Shown piece by piece: positions 11,553 through 23,788 of a DNA stretch of 64,000 nt. Below the pieces are notes generated by a model. The model ran no database searches. It was not told the origin of the DNA and saw only the letters and a program-made list of their open reading frames with translations. The stretch spans positions 124,001-188,000 of the forward strand of contig NW_005434673.1 in NCBI RefSeq assembly GCF_000315625.1, written 5' to 3'. Both the position numbers and the translations under genes were made by a program. Positions within the stretch are counted from its first letter, which is position 1; each line of letters begins with the position of its first letter. The stretch comes from Guillardia theta CCMP2712. Taxonomy: Eukaryota; Protista; Cryptophyta.

Positions 11553-14114
11553 ATGGATACCATGGCAAGCATGAACTCGCCTGAAGAAATTCGCTCCAAG
11601 TGCGCGAGTGAAAATGAGAAGATTAAGATCGACATCTGTCAAGAAATAGTGTTTGAGGACGATAACAGCGACGATGAAAGGTTTCTCCTGATGGCAAAAC
11701 CTCAGCAGAATGAGACAGTGATGATACCATCGGTGAAGGTAACAGAGAGGGTTGACCAACACTTGGATGCAAGTCAGTCACTGTTTCGGCGTGGCAAGAG
11801 CTACATCAAGTTCTCTCCCAAGACGATGGAGGAGCAGGACGAGCTTGTAGATTACGACCTCGACTCGGATGATGAAGAGTTTGTCAGCCAGCACAAGGGA
11901 AGTTTGACCGAAGATGACATGGAAGCCGCAATGCACGCGCTTGAAATCTCTTCTTTCCGCTTCATGATGTCCAACGTGCGAGTTCCCGAGCCTTTGTCTC
12001 CCTCAGATGGCTATGCTCCGGACTTTCTCTTGGCAAACGATCAAGAGGCAGAGAACCTTGATCCGATGAGCCAACCGAGGAAGCTGGACAAGCCTATGAA
12101 AGAAGGCTCTCTAATCTCTAAGTGTAAAAAGAAACACAGCGGTGGAAGGCGTCGGAATCTGAAATGCCTGCAAAGTCCTCGCTCAGATGCTGATTCGAAC
12201 CTAGAGCTTATCTCCACTAAGGTGAGCCCGAAGATTAAATGCATTGCAAACTTGTGACAGGTGGTTCAGGAAAGCGACGATCCCTTTCAAGATGAATCCG
12301 ACGCCAGGTGTGCGGTATGTCTGAACGATGGGGCCGAAGAGGGAAACATTCTTGTCTTTTGTGATGGTGAGTCAAATCTAACAGCTGGAACGCGAGGACT
12401 GAATTGTTTGTACCTAGGTTGTGGAATAGCTGTACATCAGGTTTGCTACGGGATCATGAAAGTGCCCGATGAAGACGAGTGCTGGTTCTGCTGCAAGTGC
12501 CGAGAACAGAAGGGGGCGCCGGGCGCTGCATGTGACTTGTGCAGCATGCCTGGCGGAGCCTTGAAGATGACTGACGACGGCCGCTTCGCTCACCTGTCCT
12601 GTGCTCTCTGGGTGCCTGAAACGTCGTTGGAGGATGGCTTTCTGCTGGAGCCTGTGATGGGCATGCGGGACATCAACAAGGCAAGGTGGAAGCTAAGGTG
12701 CAGCATCTGCAAGGAGAGGAGGGGAGCGTGCATCCAGTGCTCGAACCGTCGGTGTGCGGTTGCCTTCCACGTGACCTGTGCTCAGTACGCTCAGCTCTAC
12801 ATGTGGTGGGGGGAGAAACCCGGCAAGGACGAAGTCATCCGCAGTGTTTTCTGCCCAAAGCATCCCCCGTCTGACGTCCTCCCCAACTTCTCCTACTGCC
12901 CCGAGCTGAAGCCGTTTGCTCCCGAACTCCTCCAGGCGCTCTGCGGCTCCGAGGTGGACCCGCCCAAGTCCCTGACGAGGCTCTGGAAGAAGCCGGGCAA
13001 GGGAACCCCTTTCAAGTCCAGCGGCTCGGAGCATCCGGAGGACCTTCTCTTTAGCGTCAGCCCGGTTTGCAACTTGCGGGAGGAGGACGACTTCGAGGTG
13101 CCTTACCAGCACAAGCTCAGCTGCAGCCCGGTGGCAAACAGGAAGGCAAACGGCCTGGGAGCCAATCACGCGAGGATCCAGGCGGAGGTTGTCAATGACA
13201 AGTTCTCGATGGTCTTTCCTGGGGTCTGCTGCGTCTGCCTCAACGACCTCGACGACGCTGAGAACCCTCTGCTGGAGTGCTCGGGCTGCAAGCTGACGGT
13301 CCATCAGTTCTGCTGCGGTGAGGCGGTGAAGAAGAAATCAGCTTTCTCCTGCTCCAGATGCTCTTTGCTGGCTCCGTCGGAGACCCAGTCTGCCCGCTGT
13401 TACTTGTGCCCGGTGGAAGGAGGATTCCTCAAGAGAGCGGTGACGGGCGAGTGGCTTCACTTGCAGTGCGCGTTGTGGATCGACGAGATCAGGTTCGACC
13501 AGCCGGAGAAGCTCGACGAGATTACTGGGGTTCAGGATGTGAGCAAGGACAGGCTGAAGCTCGTCTGCCAGATCTGCAAGCAGGAGGGACGGGGAGCATG
13601 CATCCAGTGCAAGAAGGGCGGCTGCTTCGCTGCCTTCCACGTCACCTGCGCTCAGCTCGCCGGCTGTCACCTCGCGATCCTCCCGGACGAGGACGATGCT
13701 GACACGACCTTCCACTCCTTCTGCTGCCGCCACAGGCCCAAGTACATCTGGAAGGGACGGTACGTCGACAGCCTCAAGTTCCTCCAAGTGAAGGACTTGC
13801 TCCCCCTCTCCATGTTGACCGCCGACGATGCCAACCTGACCCTCTCGGAGCTTCACAACAGAAGGATTGACAAGCTCCGGTCGCCCATCTTTGCGCACTG
13901 GAAGGCGAAGAGGGAGAGGAGAAACCATTTCCTCATGCCCCGTCACGTAGTGGCCCTCCAGGACTTGGTCGCCTTCCTACCGGGGGAGCTGCAGCTGCAC
14001 AAGGACCCCTTCTACATGCCTCCTGCCCTGGTCCAGCCACGGAAGCGGAGGGGCCCCAGGCTGTCTTCGAGCGGGAAGAGGAAGCAGAGCAAGCTCAAGA
14101 CGAAGATGCGATGA
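11553..14114 (+). CDS. BRPF/JADE/NTO1-like chromatin reader: EPc-like N-terminal motif plus two PZP (PHD-Zn knuckle-PHD) modules
   Basis: VDYDLDSDDEEFV (EPc/EPL1 motif). PZP1: CAVC...VFCDG|CGIAVHQVCYG...AHLSCALWVPE...CSIC...GACIQC...FHVTCA. PZP2: CCVC...LECSGCKLTVHQFC...LHLQCALWIDE...GACIQC...FHVTCA. Short introns near 12221-12260 and 12367-12417. Confidence 0.88.
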
Positions 14115-14188
14115 CAGCAAGGGCAGCCTCGTCTCACGCGGCCTCTCGCTCTCCTCCTCTGATATTCATCTAATTAAAATGAGTTTAA

Positions 14189-15958
14189 CTAGCTCAGTCT
14201 ACTACTACTACCCCTGCTGAGAATTCCTCCGTCCTCCCTCTTCGCTTCGCCCTCCACGCAAAAACTTCCTTCACCCCTCCTGCGATCACTTCTTCGGTTT
14301 GAAGATGTTGTGTAGCACCTCCGCATTCTTCGCCTCATCCTGCCAGGAGTGTCAGCGGGAAACCAGCGGCAGTTGCTCAAGACCTCGGCCTTGCGCAGGG
14401 CAGCTTCTGCCTTGGCCCTCATCATGGTGCACTTGGAGCGATACGTCATGGTCTTGAGCCGGTGGGAAACTGCTCTCCTCTCAAATTTCTCCCCCAGCTG
14501 CATGACAGCCTGAGCCGCCTTCGACGTTCGATCCGCCTCGGCCTTGCAGAGATAGAGTGAGCTGGGGCAGAGGGTTGTATGGGGAGGGAGCGAGGGCGAC
14601 CAAGACACAGGGACGCAAGAAGGAGGGGGAGGGAGAGAGGCAAGGAGAAGGAGAAAGAGAGGGAGAGGGAGAGGGAGAGTGACAAGGGAGATGGAGGGAG
14701 AGAGGGAGAACGAGAAGGGAGAGTGAGAGTGGGAGTGGGAGTGAGAGTGGGAGTGGGATTGAGAGTGGGAGTGGGAGTGGGAGTGGGAGGAGGGAAAGGG
14801 GGGAGGGAGTGGGAGGGAGGGAGTGGGAGGGAGGGAGGGAGGGAGGGAGTGGGAGGGAGGGAGTGGGAGGGAGGGCTGATTTCACCCGTAGCTCATCCGC
14901 CTTGTTCTTATGCAGTGTGGCCTTCGAGAGGATGACGTGGGCCTGAGCGAGGATCTTCTTGGCCTTGTCCTCCTTCTCTGTAGCCTCGCGTCAGACCCTC
15001 TCACATCACAAGCACAAGGTCAAAGTAGCGCTCACTATCTCCCTCTGTCTTCTCCTTCTCCTTCTCCTTGCCGTGCGTAGTGGCATTGAGCTGACAAACA
15101 GCAGCAGGTCAGCAGAGGCGTCAGCGGAGGAGGATGAGTACCGCCTTCCCCTTGGAGAGCAACTTTGTGCCGGAGGTCATGAGATTTTGACCTGCTTCCT
15201 TGAGAGAAGATCCTTTCTTGTGAAGAGCTTCAAACCTGCCCGAAGCTCGTCAACCTCCTCTTTCCCCCTTCTATCCTCGTCACGTTTTCTGCTCGATGTT
15301 GGCGGCCCCGAGAAGCTCAGCTGCTCTCCCCTCCAGTGACGTCGCGGCTTCTTTCTGCGTTCTCGCGCGATTCTCCAGCCCATCGTCAGTATTCTGAAGA
15401 ACTTCCGCTATCTTGCAAGTTCTTTTCGCTTTCGTGTCAAGGGACAACCCTTCATGGCTCTCCTCATCTGAAAGACTAATCACCAACGAGACATGACAAC
15501 AGTCCTCAAGTGACATGTGTATGTTGTAATGAGTGCATTTGTGAGGACCCACCTGCATTCGCCTCCTCCTTCTTCGCGCGTTTCATGAGCTGCCGCATCT
15601 GTCGTGAGATTCTGTCTTGGAACTGGCTGTCTTCCTTGTCTAACATCTGCACATCCTGCGTTGACAAGACAACATCTGAGCCAGTGATCATGTCGGCATC
15701 GTTGAACGCCACAAGCGCAACTCCAAAGAGGAGCGCGACAAGCACAGCCCCGCAGACTCGGAGGGCGGAGCTGTCGCCTCGCAGAAAGGAACGACATGCT
15801 CTCTGCGCTGGCCTTGACGAGTCGTCTGAAGTCTGAATAAGAGAGGCTTGAGATGAGCAAGAGGAGGAGGAAGGGGAGGAGGAGGAAGAGGGGGAGGAAG
15901 AGGGGGATGATGATGGGGAGGACGCTGAAACCCCAGCGACTTGCTCCTGCATGGTCAT
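14189..15958 (-). CDS. Hypothetical single-TM, charged coiled-coil protein (multi-exon)
   Basis: MTMQEQVAG..., a TM helix (VCGAVLVALLFGVALVAF), then charged helical exons at 15180-15480 and 14190-14550. Confidence 0.55.
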
Positions 15959-15967
15959 CAGGAATAG

Positions 15968-16038
15968 ACACCCCACGTGACACCCCACGTGATGAGAGAA
16001 TGAGGTCATGTGATAAGTCACATGTTATATCACGTGAT
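15968..16038. promoter_or_regulatory. E-box/G-box cluster in a ~140-bp bidirectional promoter
   Basis: CACGTG at 15974, 15986 and 16031; CATGTG at 16007; CACATG at 16019. They lie between the divergent ATGs at 15958(-) and 16098(+). Confidence 0.55.
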
Positions 16039-16097
16039 GGACCTTGCAAATTCCAGGGGGGATGAGGCCCACGGGACGCACAAAAAGAAAGCATCGC

Positions 16098-18694
16098 ATG
16101 GCGCTCCTGCAGCTGCTCCTGCTCATGCTGGGATCAGAAGCAGCGATGTCCTCCCTTTCCTCCTCCTCCTCCTCCTCCTCCTCCTTGTCCTTGTCCTCCT
16201 CTCCCACATCTCATCCCTACTCTCCTTCTTTTTGTAATTTGGCCTTTGCATTGCCATCGGGTCGATCCCTGCTCCCTGCTCCTTGTGCAGCTGGCAGGTC
16301 TGGTTCAACAACATTCATGCCAGCTGCTCGATTCCTCACGCGGCATCAACATGTCTTGAGACCATGCATCTGCCGAACAAGGAGAGGATCGTTGATTCTC
16401 CCCGCCATGTCGGCAGCTCGTGGCGACGCGAACTTGGCAGAAGCAGCCAAGGCGCTAACAACGTCAAGGTACATTGATGCTCATAATCTGCTTGAAGAAG
16501 CAAGGTTCGAGTATCTCAAGGCCGGAGTGACAGACAGGGACGAGCTCATCAAAGCCATCAGAAAGAGAATAGACGATGCTCTCAACGTCATGTGCTCTTC
16601 CAGTGACGCCAAACCAGCACAGCCGTCAGCATCTCAAGCTGCGCCACAGGCCGGGCCTCCCGGCATGGAGTTGAGTCAGAGATTGAGATTAGCGAAGCAA
16701 GAGGGCGACGATCTGATTAACCAGGCATCAAAGGCTCTCGGCAATCGCGAGTTCCTCAAAGCAAGGTCCCTTGCAGAGAAGGCCAGGGCATCCTTTCAAG
16801 CAGCTGGGTCGAGTGTTGCCCGCGAGAGGGAGAATATCGTTGGGAATCTGCTGTCGTATATTCAAGTGGAGGAGGAGAGAGTCGAAGCAAATCGAAGGAG
16901 AAAGCTGAAGCAGCAGAAGCAAGAAGAAGAGGTGTGATGATATTCTTGAAATGACCGGACCGGTTCCACTGATGCCTTGACGCCCTTTCTCAAGGTCAAG
17001 CAAATGGCGAAGAGGGTTGAGGATGCCCTGGACTCATCACTGGCATTTCCCACAGATGGCGAGCAAGCCAAGACGGAGGAGCCAACGATTGAAAGTTCCC
17101 CAAAGCCAGACCTTTGCATCTTGGTGGACAACGGTTCCTCGAGGTGACGTTTGCAGTGAAAGTCACGTGGAGACTGAGAAGACTACAACTGAAACAGGGC
17201 TTCCTCCACGAAGCTGTTGCGCTCGATCGCAGAGAGATTGTCAAAGAGAACAGGTTGGTAGACAGATGTATTTCTTCATTTCTGATAACATTTCTAACTA
17301 CATGTACAGGTGTTGATGTCACTGCGGTGTCTCTTGCACATGCAGATAAAACACCAGCTGAGGTATGAAGATGATATTCACTCCTCGACTTCCTTGCCTT
17401 TGTGTCTTTCATGATTATGCGGCACATAGGAACTTGATGGGACTCCTGCCAGAGTTTTTTCGACGTTCTTGCGGGAGGAAGTTCGGTAAGTGTGCTTGAC
17501 CATTTATGGTTTTAGTTCAAGTATGACAAGGTATTCAGAGACCGAGACATCAAGACTATTCTTGTGTTGCCGTTGTTTCTTGGGCCGAGCAAGGTAGAGT
17601 CCAAGATAGCAGCGGTGTACGTTTGCCCCCCCTGACGCGTCAAAAGGCCGTCACGAAGCGAATACCCGATATCCTCCAAGGGGTCAACGACGGTATTGCA
17701 TGGCACTGGCAGAATCTTTTGTCCCGACTGATCGTTCCCCAAGAGATCAGCGAAATCAAGTGGTTCGTTGCGCCCCCTCTATGTCAAGACAACAGATTGG
17801 TAAGTCTTGAGCTCAACCCACGTCGGTTTTTACTGACGAGGCAAAAAGGTCTCCCTCATGGAAACTGAAGTGCGTCGAACAATCGAGGAGAACTCGCTGG
17901 ATAAGGAAAATCCCTACATCATACGCCCAAGTCTGACGTGCTTCACAGCCTCACGTGATCGTTGTCGATCACGGATCCCCCTCGCCAGAAGTCGTCGCTG
18001 TCAGAGATTCTCTGGCTGATCGTCTTCGGTGCCACACTCTCTCTCCCTGCTGCTCCCTCCTCACCAAACTTACCAGAACTAGCATGATCACTGACGATTG
18101 TGTGTCCCAAGTTCACGCTGCGAGCATGGAAAGGTGACCGGAGCTCTACAAATCTTCCGATTCTCACGCCATTGCAGGAGACCGGGACCCGAGTATGCAT
18201 TTTGCGATCCTCTCTTGATCGATTGTATCCCTCAGGTGTAAGCTCCTCTTCTCCCTCGTCCCGTCACCCCCTTGCTCTCTGCTCCTTTTCCTCCCTCGTC
18301 TCCGTCTCGCCATCTTCTGTTTCTTCCTCTCCCTTACAACTTCAAACTCTTCACCCTGCTCCTGTCTCGTCTCTGTGTGAGCTCCGCATGCAGGTCGGCG
18401 GTGGGGACGGCGACATCGTGCTTTCCATGGCGTTCTTGCTGCCAGGCACACACGCAGGAGAAGGAGGAGACATCGACGAGATCTGCGAGAAGGCACTGAT
18501 GGAGAGCGGGAGCAGGTGATCACTTCTCGAGCCAACTCACCATGATCAGTCACCCGTGCTCTGATATCAACGTTGGTAGGAGGAGAGTTTTCAAGACACG
18601 TCTGATGGGCGAGAGTGAGCTTCTCCTTGACATCTTGCATCGGCAGTATGAGATGGGCCTTCCCAAGCTCTTCCCTCTGAGAAATAAGTTGTGA
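16098..18694 (+). CDS. Probably plastid-targeted CbiX-like (class II chelatase fold) protein with an N-terminal helical/TPR-like region (multi-exon)
   Basis: Signal peptide MALLQLLLLMLGSEAA followed by a Ser/Arg-rich transit-like stretch. Later exons: LVDNGSSR, VTAVSLAHADKTP, LVLPLFLGPS, VIVVDHGSPSPEVVAVRD, ASMER/RPGPEYAFCDPLL, MAFLLPGTHAGEGGDI, i.e. two CbiX-type lobes. Confidence 0.72.
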
Positions 18695-19700
18695 ATGAAG
18701 TTCTCTCTACCCCTCGCCCTCTCTATCTCAGAATTACATCCAGGGCACTCCATTACAACCCATACCAGGCGTGGGATGGCAGTCCCGGTCGTGCAGAGCC
18801 TCTGCTCTCTTTACGTGATCCCTTGCAAAATATTCCTTCTCTCTACTCTCCGCTTCTCACTGCTTCGCTCTCGTCTTTCACTCAACCTCCTCCCTCCTCC
18901 CTCCTCCTCCTCCCTCCTCCTCCTCCCCCCTCCCCCTTCCTCCTCCTCCTCCCTCCTCCTCCTCCCTCCTCGCTCGATGCTGCGAGTGGGGGGAACAAGG
19001 AAAGTTCTCTTGCGAGCTCGACGACGCGGGATGGCTGACCAGCAGCGTGCAAGGGAGTTGTCGACTGACGAGAGGAGGAAGAGCTCCATTGCCAATGCAC
19101 CTCATCTACCATCTCTACCCCCTTGAACACTAATACAGTACCCCACCGTCATAACCCCTCCTTGTACTCACCCCCGTTGGACATGAGGAATGGACCCCTG
19201 TGTCCATCACCTACCCATCATAAACATGAAATCACTCTCAATAACCCCCACCCCCTGATAAATACAAGTACCCCCCAAATTTGATCAGAGGATACCAATC
19301 CGACAACTTTTTCCTATTGATATGTTGGTAAAAGACCGGTACATTTCACACATTATGTGACCCACCCATCTTTCTCTGGCTCCACCCCCGAAAAAGTACC
19401 CCACCCTGTTTCCAAAAACTTGTTGGAGATCGCTATGCGGCCAAGATGGGAAAGAAAGAGACTCTTTACTCAAAGAAAGGATGATGTGATGTGATGTGAT
19501 GTGATATGATGTGATATGATGTGATATATGATATGAAGTTGGTAATGAAAGCTGCAGAATATGTCGCGAACTATGCAGATCTTCGAGACGATAGGTCACG
19601 ATGGGAGGTGCACAATAGAATTATTTGCTTTCAACATGTTGCACTTGCTCTCACAAGCACTTGGTTGGGTATGTGACTCTGCATCTTGACGCAGCACACC

Positions 19701-20984
19701 ATGACCACTCGTCGAGTTCTGCTTCTCGATGGAATTTCTGTCTGCTTACTGGGTCAGCCTTCCGTCAAGTCCTTGTCAGATGCTAACTCCCGTTGAACTC
19801 TCAGCCCTCTCTCTAGGGTCAGGGTCAGCAAACATCTTCCTGTGTAATGATGGGAATGTTTGGAATAAGCAAGCATGCGACAAAGTTCTTCGGCTGAGAG
19901 GAGGAGTGATGTGGGTTGGCGGAGGAAAGACTTTCAACAGGTGTCCTCCCTCACTTTTTCTCGCCCTCCTCTCTTTCCTGACCCCCTCCATCCTCCCTCC
20001 TCGCCACCTCCCTCCCGTATCCTCTGCTTGTGGCCCTTCTTGCTGCCAGCCCCCTGTAGCCAGTTATGTTGGTCTCACTTGCTCATGTTGATGTGCAGGA
20101 CTCACGACCCATCGGCAAGTCCGGAAGACGTCGAAGACACGTTTGCTCCTCTGAGATCGAGGTCAGTAGAGCTCTGCTTCTGACGTGTCTTGAAGTTGTG
20201 TCGACGAGGTTCGACCTCTGATGCAAGTTTGCTAGGTCCGAGAGCGCGAATCGTATCAAGCAGCTGGTGCAGAAGTATGGATCAAAATATCGAACGAATG
20301 AGGTAGCGAGAGGCAGAGCGATGGATAGGGGAGAAAGCGCGAGAAGGGGAGGTCAAGGAGGGAGGGAGGGAGGGAGGGAGGGAGGGAGGGAGGGACAGCA
20401 TGCAGTAAGTGCTTGTTTGTCTCAGATTGTCAGTCTTGAAGAAGAAGCAAAATATCTGATCCGAGCACAAAAGCTTCTGCGAGTGCAGGTGAGTTTGTTT
20501 GTATTTCCGTCTCGTTCTCACTTTGAGAGGGTGCGACAACCATGACCATTGTTGTCTACAGTCGCTTTCTGTGGAGTTCAGTGCTGCGAGCCAGTTTCAG
20601 GTGAGAGAGGAAATGAAGAGTGCGGGGAAGGGTACCTGGGCAGGATCTGGTGGAGGAGGGGAAGGGAGTGGTGGGGAGAAAATACGTCAAATGCAAATGA
20701 TGCTGTGATTCTGCAATGCATTCCAGAGTTATGTGGTTGGAGATCTGTCTTTCAAGAGTCACAGGTAGGCTACAAATATGGAATTGCAGAGAGAATATGA
20801 GTTTTGTGCGATGAAGGGTTGGATACATGTTTGGGCATGTCGACAAGAACAGGAACGGTGAGGCACTCGCTCAAATGGTTGCTGAGAATCTAATTGGTTT
20901 CCTTCAAGTGTTCTGCGATGTCATCTATGAGCCTCCACAGCGAGGAGACGAGGAAGCTTACAACCTGACGGAGGTGACGGCGAT

Positions 20985-21019
<35 letters not shown>

Positions 21020-22844
21020 TGACGATGGTGGTGGTGGTGGTGGTGGTGGTGGTGGTGGTGGTGGTGGTGGTGATGATGATGATGATAGAGATCTGATTTG
21101 GATCGTGCTTTCATTTTAGTTCAAGCTGAGAGAAATTTGTTCAGGTGGATCCCGATGAAGAAAAAGTTGAGCGTCTTGCGTCATTGCTGGGGATGCGGAT
21201 GGTGAGAAGATGACACTATGAAGAGGAGAGGGGAGGAGGGGAGAAGGAGGAGGAATCTTGGCAAGCGAAGAAGAGAATTTGACGATGATGATACCAGGTT
21301 GGGATGGTTTTCTCTGTCAAACCTCGCAAGTCAATTTTTAGTAGTCAGGTACTTCGACCTTCCTTCCCTCCTAACTTCCCCTCTCTCCCCTCACCTCCCC
21401 AATTGCCTTGCTGCTCCTGCCTCCTCCTATCCTTTCTGGTGCTCTGACCATTACACTCCTCCGATGTCTTTGCGTCCTTCCTTGAATCTACTTCTCCTTC
21501 TGTTTGACACGCTTGTGATACTCCAGGACGTCATGCTGGCATGCTCGCTACAACACAAGGTGACGTTGACAGGGAAAACAAGGGCGAGAAGGAGGAAAGG
21601 AGGTGGAGAGCGGAGGTGGGGGTGGATTGGGCGTTAGGCGATAGCGGATAAACTTCAGGGGAAGGAGGAGGAAGGTTATGAAGTCTGCCTCACATTGATA
21701 TAGATGGAGAAGAAACATGGATACGACTTTGCGAGCTCCATGGTGTCGGCGGTGATCACTCGAAATGGTGCGAGGAGGAGGAGGAGGAGGAGGAGGAGGA
21801 GGAGGAGGAGGAGGAGGAGGAGGAGGGGGGGGGGATGATGGTGGGGGTGGTGGTGGTGGAGGAGGAGGAGTGAAGCGCGTGCAGAGACAACGGACTCTAT
21901 CGTCTTCGAAGCATATCAGATCAGCGATCTCTGTCTAGACATGTACCGCAGGGACATCTTGGTCCCTCCCAACAACCCCAACAGAGGATACACAAGTATG
22001 ATTTGTGGAGCTACTTGTTATGCGTGAGACGTCAACATGTTCAAACATGTCACTGTGTTGATGCTTTCTGTGTTGTCGTTCTTCCTTGATATGAAATGCC
22101 CCAGGAACTGTCCAAGATGTGCTTGTAGAGCGGAAAGACACACAGAAGGTGATGCCGACGACGATGATAGACTTCTACTCATCTTCTATCAGGTCGACAA
22201 CGACTTCTTTATCAACACCGGTGACTTGTCTTGCATTTCTTGCTCCTTTCTGAACATGATCCTGCCAACAGTTCCAATCAAGACGCACAATTCTGAGATT
22301 TGGGGAAACCGTGAAGTGAGTCACTACTCATTTTCTATCCCCTTTCATCTTCCTTCCATCTTCCTCCTGTCGTTGCTATCACTCTCCCCCTCTCCCCTCC
22401 CCCCTCCCAGTCTCCGTCACTGATCTCGAGCTCACGTTTCGCTTCCAGGCTTTCTTCCCTGTCAAGAACCGACCGGGACAAGTACCTTGACATGTCTCAA
22501 TGCAACATGCACCTGTGACGAGCTGGCAGGATCAGAACAGGATGGAAGTGAAACACATCCTGCTGTCCCACGAGGAGGTGCCCTTCTGCATCAGAGTAAG
22601 AACGCAACGCTACTCCGTCGTGCTCATGCTAACTCCGTCTGCAGATGCGCGACTTTCACATGCTCCTCTACCTGTCGAACATGTTGGATCCTCTTACAGA
22701 CCTTCCTATCATCTGCAAGGTGAGGGTTAACCTCTGACATCTTGTCCCGCTTTCCCCCTGACTTGTTCATAGTCGGTCAGGGAGGACGTTGAGCTGCAGC
22801 AAGGACATATCGAGCTAGTCAAATCCATTGCCTACATGAAGTGA
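19701..22844 (+). CDS. NPL4: NPL4-like protein (Cdc48/p97 cofactor) with an N-terminal signal peptide and leader; many exons; possible alternative 3' exon to 22957
   Basis: Exons read SLSVEFSAASQFQ, RVGYMFG, CDVIYEPPQRG, VERLASLLGMRMVGW, VFEAYQISDLC, VDNDFFINTVPI, FPVKNR, MRDFHMLLYL, matching NPL4. The leader is spliced over the 52-nt intron 19753-19804. Confidence 0.85.
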
Positions 22845-23140
22845 AACTGACGAGGTTCTGCGCTATGTGTCCTTCGCTCCTCCTCAGGTCGGGAAGGAAT
22901 GTGGAGGACTTGCCAATGAAAAAGCAGGGAGGACCCACGAGGGTTCTCATGTGTTAAAAAACACATGAGAACCTACGCCCGATGCCTAGTGCAAGCAACG
23001 GAGCTGATCGCTACACTTCAACGTCGTTCAAAGTTCTCAACCATTTACAAAGAGTAGACGGGATAGCCTGAACAAGCTGAGCTATAGACTTGTGACTGAC
23101 TAACGGATCTTCCACTGTTCTACATGTCTGGAAAATTTGA

Positions 23141-23788
23141 TCACTGCAAACAACTTGTTAAACCCACAACCAAGCTTGTATGCAAACGAGATTACCTCAG
23201 TATTCGAAGCAGCCTTCTCTCCATCCTCTTCCTCCTCTTCCTTCTTTCCATCCAGTCCCTCGATGGCTGGCAAACAAATCACCATCCCCAGATTGCAAGG
23301 GCAGTCACTTACGTCCATCATCCTCATCCTCGTCGTCAGAGTCAAACCCTCCTGCTCCTGCTCCTCCGAAGTCAAACTTATCAAATCCGCTCATATCCAG
23401 ATCGCCCTGTCACCACCCGCAGACGGTCAAATGGAAGCGCAAGATTACAATACATTACATCGCGAGCCTCATCTTCGTCTTTCCACTTGTCCCAGTCGAC
23501 TTTGAGCGTATGGATCTTTTTCCCCTTGTGCAAGGTGTCCCAATAATCCCCAACTTCCTTCCTCATGAAGACGAAAGCAACGTCACGAGCTCCAACCTTC
23601 CATGAGCTCTGCTTTGGATCAACTGTACCGAAGAAATCCAAACTCAACTCATGATCTTCACTCTTGAATGTGAACGAAGTCTCGGTAACATTGATGGTTG
23701 TCTTATTTGGATCAAGGTTTGGAATGTTGATAGTGAACAAAATCTTATCGTTTCTCTGGGCCCATTTGCAATCTGGCAATTTGGACAT
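23141..23788 (-). CDS. Hsp90 co-chaperone p23 (Sba1/PTGES3 family)
   Basis: PDCKWAQRNDKILFTI...YWDTLHKGKKIHTLKVDWDKWKDEDE, then a Gly/acidic tail GDLDMSGFDKFDFGGAGAGGFDSDDEDEDD. The 3' end is approximate. Confidence 0.92.

Noticed and set aside
20827-21114. Poly-His, poly-Val, poly-Gln, poly-Cys and similar homopolymer ORFs here and elsewhere
   Set aside because: They are translations of intronic or intergenic trinucleotide microsatellites.
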